A stretch of 64,000 bases of DNA from the NCBI RefSeq assembly GCF_036702645.1, contig NZ_JAUBUO010000016.1, positions 28,186-92,185 on the forward strand, in the 5' to 3' direction. Numbering within the stretch: the first letter of the stretch is position 1; each line of letters opens with the position of its first letter. Below, one piece after another: positions 41,508 through 49,785 of this stretch. The notes under the pieces were generated by a model. It ran no database searches. It was given only the letters and a program-made list of their open reading frames with translations, and was not told where the DNA came from. The position numbers were made by a program, and so were the translations under genes. Source of the DNA: Microcoleus sp. Aus8_D1. Its GTDB lineage: Bacteria; Cyanobacteriota; Cyanobacteriia; Cyanobacteriales; Microcoleaceae.

Positions 41508-41574
41508 CAGAAACCGGGTTTTTGGAGAAAATCCTTCGCAGTAGTCCACCGATTAGGTAAAAACCCGGTTTCTT
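41508..41574. repeat. Family A hairpin element (opposite orientation)
   Basis: Interior is reverse-complement-like of the 40638 copy. Confidence 0.8.
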
Positions 41575-41756
41575 TGGCCTTAATGCGTAATACCAAATCC
41601 GGGTTATTCATCCCGTTATTCTTAAGTCCGCGTAGGCGGACTTCGTTTGTATAGACGCGGTTTCAACCGCCGAGTTTTATCGGGTATGAAACACTGTTGT
41701 ATGATTTTTGATAGTTGGTATAAGCGAACAATATTTTTCTGACATCCCCAAGCATT

Positions 41757-42101
41757 TCAGCGCCGAGATTGTCGAGTAACTAAACCGTAAATAAAAGCAT
41801 CCTTAAATGCTAAAAAAATCAACAAAACATGAAGTAAAAATTGCTGAAATCCCAAAATAGGATCTAGCCGCCAACCTTGAAACAATAAAATAAAACCGCT
41901 GACTGGCAACACCCCAACAGCCATGATGCCTTGAATGATGTAAAGTATTATGCCTGTACTGCCGATAATTTGCGATCGCATTCCCGAATTTACTATAGCT
42001 GTCACTAGATAAGCCACCGCCAAAGCTATATCAACTAAGCCCAGAATTGACATCCAATTGATTGCTACATTTATCATCCCTCGAACCCTCTTAACAAACA
42101 C
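41757..42101 (-). CDS. Small integral membrane protein (3 TM helices)
   Basis: Hydrophobic segments throughout; 114 aa. Confidence 0.5.
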   Translation of the reverse strand: MFVKRVRGMINVAINWMSILGLVDIALAVAYLVTAIVNSGMRSQIIGSTGIILYIIQGIMAVGVLPVSGFILLFQGWRLDPILGFQQFLLHVLLIFLAFKDAFIYGLVTRQSRR

Positions 42102-42122
42102 AGTCCAGGACGCACGGGCGGT

Positions 42123-42187
42123 CAGAAACCGGGTTTTTCGCGTCTCCTTCGTTGTAGTCCACAGTAAGGGTCAAAAACCCGGTTTCT
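42123..42187. repeat. Family A hairpin element (opposite orientation)
   Basis: cagaaaccgggtttttcgcgtctccttcgttgtagtccacagtaagggtcaaaaacccggtttcttt. Confidence 0.8.
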
Positions 42188-42214
42188 TTGGGCTGCACGC
42201 CAAGTCATGAAAAC

Positions 42215-42455
42215 AAAAAAAAATCGCGCGCCGCCACTGGTTGCCCCTTCGTAAACCCCTCAGGACTAGACTGCTCAACTCCAGCGGGGCCGGGTACTGT
42301 GGGTCGTTGGCTTCGCAGAAGCCACACCGCAATACCAACAGTACCCGAAGCCCCGCACAGTCAAGAGCAGGCTAGTGATGCTTGTCTAGACTAAGCGCAA
42401 GGACGGCGATCCACCGCCCGGATTGCAAGGCTGTTTACCAATTTAAACGCGCGAT
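42215..42455. ncRNA. Candidate structured RNA or long imperfect palindromic element (~240 bp, GC-rich)
   Basis: Nested inverted repeats: AAATCGCGCG/CGCGCGATTT outermost, GACTAGAC/GTCTAGAC, CAGCGGGGCCGGGTACTGT/ACAGTACCCGAAGCCCCGC, inner GGCTTC-GCA-GAAGCC; no ORF support. Confidence 0.3.
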
Positions 42456-42463
42456 TTATTAAG

Positions 42464-44155
42464 TTATTGACACTGACGTGCGTGTTGCATTCGCAGCGCT
42501 AAAATGTGTTCGCAAGGGCCTTTGTACAGCTTGTTTTGCTGGTGCCAATTACAAGTACATTCTGCCTCAATTATACGCTCATCGGCATCAATTGTCAAGT
42601 GCGGATTCAAGGTTTTTTCCCGGTCTGTGACACTGCCTCGCACGGTGAATGCACCGGAAGAATCGCTGGTAAAATCGGTCACTTGTACCGCATTTTCACT
42701 CAAGAAAAGAGTTGCTTTTGATTCTCTTTCGTTGGCAAATCTCAAACGTTCTAAGGGCAAAGGTTCTCGGCTCAATTCCCGCACTCGGTACACCTGTTTG
42801 TTCAAATCGTAAATTGCCCTTCCCGCTTGCGTGTAGGCACTCAATGCACCCAACACTGACGCCCGATTTAACTTCAGTCTGGCGGCCAAACTGTCAGCAG
42901 TTTCTACCCAATTTTCTTTGAGTGCATCAAAGATTAATTGCTGCGTCCAAGCATCTACATCGGCGCGCGGGGCCATTAAATCAAAGTTACCGGATTGCGA
43001 CCAATCATTGGCACTCCATCCCGACAATCCTAGGGTAAATGACATATCGCCCAAATCGGCGACGTAAAAAGAAGGCATTCCCGTTCCTAACAGGTGAACT
43101 GTGAACTTTTTGGCGACGGGAATCAGTCTTTCGAGAATGTGAAGGCGGCGCCTTCCCCAAACTCGAATTTCCTGTGCTTGCGAACCAGTATAGGGCGATC
43201 GCGCGCAAACAACTTCCGTACCCCACGGATCGAAAATCACCCGCACCGGTTCCCCCGGATTCAGGATGTAGCGCATACTGCGCGGGCCTTGTTTCTCCTT
43301 GTGGCGGCGCAAAACAAAACAAATATTGTGGATGTCCATCGGGTGCAAATCAAACCGCACCGCCGGCAAAGACATCGCCGAACTAACTTGCAAAAATCCT
43401 CTCACCCAACTGTCAGGTAAGTCTATTTTGACTTCTTTAAAAGTCTCTTCATGCACCGTTTGAACTTCAAAACCCGAGGGATCTACTTGCAGCGAAGTAG
43501 TCTTGTAACTGCGGATTTTTTGAAATTCATCATAAAGCGCTGCCGAGTAGTCGATATTAGTCGTGCCGCAAGCAAACTCGCTGATATTTTTAAACACTTC
43601 GTAGCTGGCGCCGAGGCGGCCGTAACTCGACTCATCCTGACTGAAACACTCGAAAAATACCTCATCGGGATGTACTGTAATCACCGGATCGAGGACAAAC
43701 CAAGCATCGCGGTCTTTTTGATAAATGTAGTCAAAGTATTGCTGTTGGGCGCGATAAAAAGGTGCCAGACGTTGGTGTTGACGCCGAGTTAACTCGTTGA
43801 ACTCTGCTTGCAGCGGCTGAACTTTTTGGGCAACTTTTTGTTGGCGGCAGGCGATTAATTGCCAATCGATTTCTTGCTGTTGGGCTGCCCATTCTTTATA
43901 AGCTGTTTTGTCTTTGGGTTTGAAGCGCATATCGGAAACCACGACATCGTGCAAAGCGCTAATTGCTTCGCGAAAAGCGACATTTTGACGCAATTCTCCG
44001 ATAAAATAAGTGGGCGGACGTTTGGTGTCGGGAGAAAAAGACATTTGCGTGCTGCCGCCGCTTTCAGCAACTTCGGTATTTCCTTTGTAAGAGTAGTTAA
44101 ATTCCATAATATTTTTTTCAACTAGGTTCGTAGTGAGGACTTCAGTCCGCATCAA
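42464..44155 (-). CDS. SWIM zinc-finger domain protein (563 aa)
   Basis: C-terminal CxCx(n)CxH: AECTCNWHQQNKLYKGPCEHILAL; partner of the upstream WGR protein (E. coli YehQ-like arrangement). Confidence 0.75.
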   Translation of the reverse strand: MMRTEVLTTNLVEKNIMEFNYSYKGNTEVAESGGSTQMSFSPDTKRPPTYFIGELRQNVAFREAISALHDVVVSDMRFKPKDKTAYKEWAAQQQEIDWQLIACRQQKVAQKVQPLQAEFNELTRRQHQRLAPFYRAQQQYFDYIYQKDRDAWFVLDPVITVHPDEVFFECFSQDESSYGRLGASYEVFKNISEFACGTTNIDYSAALYDEFQKIRSYKTTSLQVDPSGFEVQTVHEETFKEVKIDLPDSWVRGFLQVSSAMSLPAVRFDLHPMDIHNICFVLRRHKEKQGPRSMRYILNPGEPVRVIFDPWGTEVVCARSPYTGSQAQEIRVWGRRRLHILERLIPVAKKFTVHLLGTGMPSFYVADLGDMSFTLGLSGWSANDWSQSGNFDLMAPRADVDAWTQQLIFDALKENWVETADSLAARLKLNRASVLGALSAYTQAGRAIYDLNKQVYRVRELSREPLPLERLRFANERESKATLFLSENAVQVTDFTSDSSGAFTVRGSVTDREKTLNPHLTIDADERIIEAECTCNWHQQNKLYKGPCEHILALRMQHARQCQ

Positions 44156-44300
44156 ATCCGGTTCGTAGTGAGGACTTCAGTCCGCATCAAATTCAGGTTC
44201 GTAGTGAGGACTTCAGTCCGCATAAAATCCAGTTCGTAGTGAGGACTTCAGTCCGCATCAAATTCAGAGGACTAAAGTCCTCACTACGAACACTTTATCA
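44156..44300. repeat. Tandem 36-bp direct repeat x4 (GTTCGTAGTGAGGACTTCAGTCCGCATCAAATYCRG) ending in an inverted partial copy that forms an ~18-bp hairpin
   Basis: Read directly; related single copies of GTAGTGAGGACTTCAGTCC at 37290..37312, 52395..52450, 60405..60440. Confidence 0.85.
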
Positions 44301-44369
44301 AATCTGCCTCCTACATTTAGCATCGATCGCCCTTTCCGACATCCCAATTCCACAAATCTTAACTAAAAA

Positions 44370-47300
44370 TCAACTCCTCACCTCAACCACAGGCTTTACC
44401 TGAATTGGCAAATCTATCTGAGGATAACGCCGGCGAATCTTCAGCATAGTCTCAATAGCCGCTGCTTTATCTGCGATCGCAATTGTAGCCGATTGCCTGG
44501 TTAAAATATCCGCAACAATCCCGGCCGCCGCCTCACTCTTTTGCGCCTCCGCATCCAGAAACGCAAAAACTCGGCGCTTCGCCACCCTTCCCTGATTCAC
44601 CCGCGACAAAACCGCGACCAAAAAAGGCGCTAATTCCCGCAATTTCTCAGGATTGCTTGCAGCATAACTCTCCAAATAATTAGTAGCAAACAACTGCATA
44701 TCCGCCGACGGATGCTCGCTAAACTTCAGCAAATAATCGTGTCCGGACTCATCCTGAAAATAGCGAATTACCAAATCTCTGCCGAATTGCCGCACATCTT
44801 CCCGAATGCTGTCGCAAAGACTAACCATAATTTCCGGAGTCCAATCTGCCTCAGTCAATTCCGTGCGAAAAATCCTGGCGGCAAATTCCCGCGAATCATC
44901 CCATTTTGCCTCCAGCAGCCGCACGGCTGACAGCATTTCTTGAGAATTGGCGCGAATCGCATCTAGCTTTTGCAAAAACATTTGTCTCGCAGATTCTCGC
45001 ACCGAAAAAATCTCGTGACTCGCCAGCTTGACAATCTCAATTGTATCAAACTCCGCCGCCCAATTCGTGCTATTTTTCACCAGCACAAATCCGCCTAATT
45101 CCTGCGCGACAGCAGACTTAGCTTTCAGCAGCAGCCAAGTCTTGTCCTTATCCATCGCCGACATCCACCCCGGAATATCTTGCCGCAGCAAATCGAGCAA
45201 ATAACTGTGTACTCCTTCCTGTCTTTCCGGTATCAGCAACACATCAATCAATTCCCCAGCAACCAGCGCTGCAAATTCGGGATATTCGGCGGCCAAACGC
45301 CGAATTACTGGTTTAATAGAATTGCGGATGTCGGCCAAAGCATTGACTGCCATTCCTACTATCAAACTTGTCTGAGAACTTGTTAGCGATTCGTCCGGTA
45401 ATTGACCGAATAACCTGATGCCAATTCTTCGAATTTGTTCGTAGGGCGACGCAATTAGCGATTCGATTAATTCAGACGGCAAATCAGCCGCACCGATTTC
45501 GTGATTCAGCAAAATTCTCGCCCCCAATTCCTGAACTTCCGGCACCGGATGCCGCAGCAAATCCAGGATAACTCCCAATCCCAAACTCCGCAGTTGTGGG
45601 GTAAAGTTGAGCAGGAGCGTATCGGCGATGTCTTTGGCTACAATTGAGGTATGAGTCGGAATGAATTCTGTTGGTTGAAATGTTAATAAATGGGCTATCA
45701 GTTTGCCAATTAGTAGCCTGACGGTTGCAGGGCTGAGAATTGATGAGTTGAGCAACCTGCGGGCAAATTGCCTGGTGTCTGCGTACAAGCTGGTTACTAG
45801 AGTAACAATTAATTCTGTATCTGATAAAATGCGATCGCGCTGTTCGTCAATCCAGTCAAAAGCTTGGGTTCTCGCTGGCACAAATATGCAGTTAACCAGC
45901 CCTAGAATTACTTCGCGGTGGGCTGGATATCGATGATATCCGTTTTGGACTGCCAAATTGAAACCCAGTTCGGCTGTAACTTCGTAAGGTACAGCAATCA
46001 GTTTGATTGCAGTGTCAGCATCTATCCCAGCTAAAAATTGCGGACAAGCTTTCAGCGCTTTCACAGCGAAATGGTGCACCGGGCGGCAGTTGCTGGCTAA
46101 TAACAATTGCAACAGCGCATCGGGATATTGTTCCCAAAGTTCGGGAAAAGCTTCTTCTCGCACTTCCGGCTCCGGATCTCCTGGTTTGTAACCTTCTCTG
46201 CAGCGCCACGCTTGCGAATTGGTAAAATAAGCATAGCGCGGGCTGTTTTCGTAGAGAATGCGGTTAAATGTTAAGTAACCGGCAAAGATATCCCATTCAG
46301 ATGAATAACTGATTTTATTCCAATTAGAGAAATCCCATTGATAATCAGCATCGCTAGTCCCCTTAGAGCGAATCCACTGATAATAAGTGATCTGCAAAAC
46401 TGCTTCGGCATCGCTATCAACGTATTGCAGCAAAATGCTGACAGCCATTTTTACATAATCAGCATCGCTTTCTTCGCCTAATTGTTTGAGAGTGCGCCAC
46501 ACCCTTTTAATTAAGTAGCTGCGCGTACTGCTGCTGTAGGCAATTCGGCAATTGGGACTCTGCATTTCCTCTAGAAAACTGCTGTTTGCAGTGTATTCAT
46601 TTTTGCCTGTTTGTTCGTTGTACGCCCAGTCTTGCTTTGTCAGATACCCGCCACCAGGAATGTTAATATACCAAGCATTGCTGCGGTACATGGCTTTTTC
46701 GTCCTCAAAGCGGCGGGCCACAATCGCAAATACTTCGGCGTCGCGACGGTATTCCGCCATTTTGAAGATGTGGCGGATTTGTTTAAAATAATGGGGTTTT
46801 AGCGGTGCAGTTTTTAAGATATCCAGTAATGCCGATCGCACAAACTGACTGTCAATCTGGTAAAGTCGATCGAGAACCGCAAAACGACTGCTATCTTCCG
46901 TGTCGAGTTCAACTTTCAATGCTGCTGAAAATTCCTCAGCGCTGCCGTTTGCAGCTAATTCGCGCAACTGTGGGGGTAGCAATTCTATTATGGACGATTC
47001 TAGGTGCGATCGCGCTTCCTCATCCGCCAACTTCAGCAATCCTTCAAAAGCAATTCTCCTCACAAACTCCGCAGTCGCAGCATCCCGATACAGCCGAGTC
47101 AGCGCCTCCACAGCGCCCTCGCCGCCGCACCAACCCAAACTCCAAGCAATACAGTAGTCTCGCAGCGGTTCTCCCGTACCGATTAAGTTAATCAGTCCCG
47201 GCCCGGCTTCGGTAATTTTCAGCTCCCCAGCGCGCCAAATAGCCCGTTCCAGAGGCCATTTAGGATTGCCAGCGCCGGCAAGACGGTTCAAAATAGCTTG

Positions 47301-47594
47301 TTGGCGCGTCTCGGCGCGAGGAAGTTCTGGCGCGGGTGCAACATCAGCAACGCTGGCTGCTTCCTGATAGCCTTTCTTTACCTTTTCCGCGACTAGCTTG
47401 TCGAAAACTTTTTCAGCTTTGGCCAAGGGCACTGGTGTATCGGTTTTTGTGCCTTCCTGGAGATTGGCGCCCCGCCGTCCGTAGCGAAAGTTGACCGAGT
47501 AGAGGTTTTCGCCGGTTTGACACAAATCGACTTCGTATACTTTATCCGATCGACCGTCCTGAAAATAAAGAGCCGTCCGCTTAATCAATTTCAT
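44370..47594 (-). CDS. WGR-domain protein with long HEAT/ARM-like repeat region (MolR-like, 1074 aa)
   Basis: N-terminal WGR: SDKVYEVDL...YSVNFRYGRRG...EKVFDKLVAEKVKKGY; remainder alpha-helical repeats. Confidence 0.75.
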   Translation of the reverse strand: MKLIKRTALYFQDGRSDKVYEVDLCQTGENLYSVNFRYGRRGANLQEGTKTDTPVPLAKAEKVFDKLVAEKVKKGYQEAASVADVAPAPELPRAETRQQAILNRLAGAGNPKWPLERAIWRAGELKITEAGPGLINLIGTGEPLRDYCIAWSLGWCGGEGAVEALTRLYRDAATAEFVRRIAFEGLLKLADEEARSHLESSIIELLPPQLRELAANGSAEEFSAALKVELDTEDSSRFAVLDRLYQIDSQFVRSALLDILKTAPLKPHYFKQIRHIFKMAEYRRDAEVFAIVARRFEDEKAMYRSNAWYINIPGGGYLTKQDWAYNEQTGKNEYTANSSFLEEMQSPNCRIAYSSSTRSYLIKRVWRTLKQLGEESDADYVKMAVSILLQYVDSDAEAVLQITYYQWIRSKGTSDADYQWDFSNWNKISYSSEWDIFAGYLTFNRILYENSPRYAYFTNSQAWRCREGYKPGDPEPEVREEAFPELWEQYPDALLQLLLASNCRPVHHFAVKALKACPQFLAGIDADTAIKLIAVPYEVTAELGFNLAVQNGYHRYPAHREVILGLVNCIFVPARTQAFDWIDEQRDRILSDTELIVTLVTSLYADTRQFARRLLNSSILSPATVRLLIGKLIAHLLTFQPTEFIPTHTSIVAKDIADTLLLNFTPQLRSLGLGVILDLLRHPVPEVQELGARILLNHEIGAADLPSELIESLIASPYEQIRRIGIRLFGQLPDESLTSSQTSLIVGMAVNALADIRNSIKPVIRRLAAEYPEFAALVAGELIDVLLIPERQEGVHSYLLDLLRQDIPGWMSAMDKDKTWLLLKAKSAVAQELGGFVLVKNSTNWAAEFDTIEIVKLASHEIFSVRESARQMFLQKLDAIRANSQEMLSAVRLLEAKWDDSREFAARIFRTELTEADWTPEIMVSLCDSIREDVRQFGRDLVIRYFQDESGHDYLLKFSEHPSADMQLFATNYLESYAASNPEKLRELAPFLVAVLSRVNQGRVAKRRVFAFLDAEAQKSEAAAGIVADILTRQSATIAIADKAAAIETMLKIRRRYPQIDLPIQVKPVVEVRS

Positions 47595-47919
47595 TGCAGT
47601 TTGTCACCATCGCTAAGCTTGTCGGGGCGAGTCCGCGCCCGCAATTCTAACATCCCGCAGACTATCTCATATCCTGGACGATCGATCGACCATAATATCC
47701 TGGCCGGGGCGGGTTTACAGGATCTTGGATTTATGCCCGATATCTGGGCGAACCCGCCCCTACCATATTATGGGCCAAGCGTTGCGGAGGGAATCTGCCC
47801 CCTCTCCCATTCTCCCTCTCTCTCGCCTTTGTCCACCCAATGTAAAAATATGTTGCAATATTTTTACTGCTGTGTTAAGTTTAGTTACATAAGGTTGAAA
47901 TACAACGAGGTTTCTGGTT

Positions 47920-48063
47920 ATGGAAAACAAAGACGCAAAAGTAGGCTTCACAGAGTTCGCTGAAACCTGGAACGGTCGTTTGGCAATGCTGGGCTTCGTT
48001 ATCGGTCTGGCTACGGAATTCCTGACCGGTCAAGGCATTCTCGCTCAAATCGGTTTGATGTAA
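47920..48063 (+). CDS. hli: High-light-inducible protein (HLIP / one-helix CAB-like protein), 47 aa, below the ORF-track size cutoff
   Basis: Manual translation MENKDAKVGFTEFAETWNGRLAMLGFVIGLATEFLTGQGILAQIGLM with the ExxNGRxAMxGF chlorophyll-binding motif. Confidence 0.8.
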   Translation: MENKDAKVGFTEFAETWNGRLAMLGFVIGLATEFLTGQGILAQIGLM

Positions 48064-48109
48064 TCAGCTTAAGTCTATAGAATATACAATAACTGTAATT
48101 TGTGGCGGG

Positions 48110-48192
48110 CGATCGACCCCCTTACAAGTGCGATCGCCCGCCCGCCAATAAGTCCCCTTCATTGATAGTGAAGGGGCTTTTGCATTTTTTAT
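48110..48192 (+). terminator. Two stem-loops after hli: GGCGGGCGATCG...CGATCGCCCGCC, then CCCCTTCA-ttgatag-TGAAGGGG followed by CTTTTGCATTTTTT (rho-independent terminator)
   Basis: Read directly. Confidence 0.55.
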
Positions 48193-48267
48193 TAAAAAAT
48201 CCAACCCATGGTACAATCAAAAAAATTTTCCGTCTCAATATTTATCGTCAGTCCAACTCCAGCTTTC

Positions 48268-48480
48268 CTAAGCAATTCCTACAGAATCCAAAATCCTCAC
48301 TTTAGGAGTTAAAGCTGGAAGCTTCACCAAACCGTCCCGTTTGTGAGTCCGCAGGCTGTTACCTAAAATCATCTCCGACAGATCCGGCATTTCCTGCCAG
48401 CAGCGCGAGCAGAACCAATAAACGCGATTGTGGCGAGCGTGGCGTAACAATTGAGAGGAGCAACAAGGGCAACTATTCAT
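48268..48480 (-). CDS. Small Cys-rich (zinc-ribbon-like CPCC...CSRC) hypothetical protein
   Basis: ORF with two CxxC pairs. Confidence 0.35.
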   Translation of the reverse strand: MNSCPCCSSQLLRHARHNRVYWFCSRCWQEMPDLSEMILGNSLRTHKRDGLVKLPALTPKVRILDSVGIA

Positions 48481-48587
48481 GATATTTTAAACCTTCTTTA
48501 AGATATGGATCGATAAACCAATTCATTACAGAGATTGATGAATGTCGCTGCATCTCTACTCCAGACACAACAATAAAAAAGCTCTTT

Positions 48588-48833
48588 TCACTCCAAACTT
48601 TGAGGGTCTGGCAAGTAGCACTTTTGGAGGCTCAACAGCAACACCACAATCAAAAGCTGAACGCCCCAAGGGGCCCAAGAGAAACCCCAAATAAAACAAC
48701 CCAGTCCGCCCAAAGCCACAAGTACAAAAATATCTTGAGAGGTTTGCCAGTAAATCCAGACGGCTGCCAGAGAAACTATCAGTAGCAAAATGTAAGCTGA
48801 GGGCATTGTCGTCTTCTCCCAAGGTGTCGGCAA
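48588..48833 (-). CDS. Small hypothetical membrane protein (2 TM)
   Basis: ORF with two hydrophobic helices. Confidence 0.35.
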   Translation of the reverse strand: MPTPWEKTTMPSAYILLLIVSLAAVWIYWQTSQDIFVLVALGGLGCFIWGFSWAPWGVQLLIVVLLLSLQKCYLPDPQSLE

Positions 48834-49027
48834 ACAGTCAGGATCGATCCCTGACGATGTGCTTAAACTTAAAACTTAAACCTGAAGAACTTATGAAGAT
48901 GAGCAAGTTGTTACAAAACAAAATAAACTCCTGCCAGATTATATTAAACCTAAAAATCGAGCAGGAAGATTTTGTTTATTTCATTATAGAATTCAGCGCG
49001 ATCCTCTTCGAGGGCTGCGCTAACGAC

Positions 49028-49420
49028 CTATGCTTCCTCCCAGCCCAAAGCTTCAGCCACCTGAGTAGCCAAAGACATCGGTTCAAAAGGCTTAGCAATC
49101 ACACTCACCACCCCCAAATCCGCGAACATCCGCCTGTCGCTAGCGAGAGCCTTAGCTGTCAATAAAATTACCGGAATGTGCTGGGTAGCATGATTAGCTT
49201 GTAACTGTTTAAAAGTAGTAGGCCCGTCTTGGTCGGGCATCATCACGTCCAAGAGAATAGCATCAGGCTGTTCAGCAAGAGCCTTAGCCACACCCTCGCG
49301 GCCAGAACTCGCGGTCAGCACTTCCCAGCCCCCCACCACCTCAAGACTGACTTGAGCGACTTCCCGAATATCTTCCGCATCGTCAATAACCAAGATGCGC
49401 TTAGCATTCAAAATTAACAT
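49028..49420 (-). CDS. Single-domain response regulator (CheY-like receiver); start reassigned to MLILNAKRILVIDD at 49420
   Basis: DD...D(57-equivalent LLDVMMPD)...T...K receiver signature; the upstream ORF extension runs through a MITE copy and is probably not coding. Confidence 0.8.
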   Translation of the reverse strand: MLILNAKRILVIDDAEDIREVAQVSLEVVGGWEVLTASSGREGVAKALAEQPDAILLDVMMPDQDGPTTFKQLQANHATQHIPVILLTAKALASDRRMFADLGVVSVIAKPFEPMSLATQVAEALGWEEA

Positions 49421-49643
49421 CTTTTTTAGGAATGAGAACTGATCACAGACTAGAGGCCAAATGTGAATGTTTTGTAAAGCAAACTGTTTTACCCGATCGA
49501 ACTTTACAGTAAAGCTACAAAACTGTAAAATTTTCCCACCCCAAAAATCCGCTTTTCGACCTCCGAGCGCGATTTTTGCCCGATCGCTGCCTCTAGATCC
49601 CTCTTTGGCAATAATGACAGTCCCGGACGCACTCGCGACTCCT

Positions 49644-49713
49644 CGAAACCGGGTTTTTTTTAGCATTTCAGCAGGCTGCAACGAAGTATTTAGGTAAAAA
49701 AAACCGATTTCTG
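49644..49713. repeat. Family A hairpin element (degenerate right arm) between HK and response-regulator genes
   Basis: cgaaaccgggttttttttagcatttcagcaggctgcaacgaagtatttaggtaaaaaaaaccgatttctg. Confidence 0.7.
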
Positions 49714-49785
49714 CATCCCGGATTGAAGGAAAATTTTTGCATTCATATTTTTTCATAAGTCATGACAAATGAACAATGCCTTCAC

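Noticed and set aside
42188-42394. 68-aa ORF (MGCTPSHENKKKSRAATG…)
   Set aside because: Overlaps the GC-rich nested-palindrome element. The composition fits non-coding structured DNA.
44156-44300. Possible CRISPR array (36-bp repeats)
   Set aside because: Units abut directly without spacers; the last unit pairs with an inverted copy to form a hairpin; no cas genes.
49421-49756. N-terminal 112 aa of the called 242-aa response-regulator ORF
   Set aside because: The extension has no receiver homology and runs through a family-A MITE copy; a canonical receiver start (MLILNAKRILVIDD) exists at 49420.
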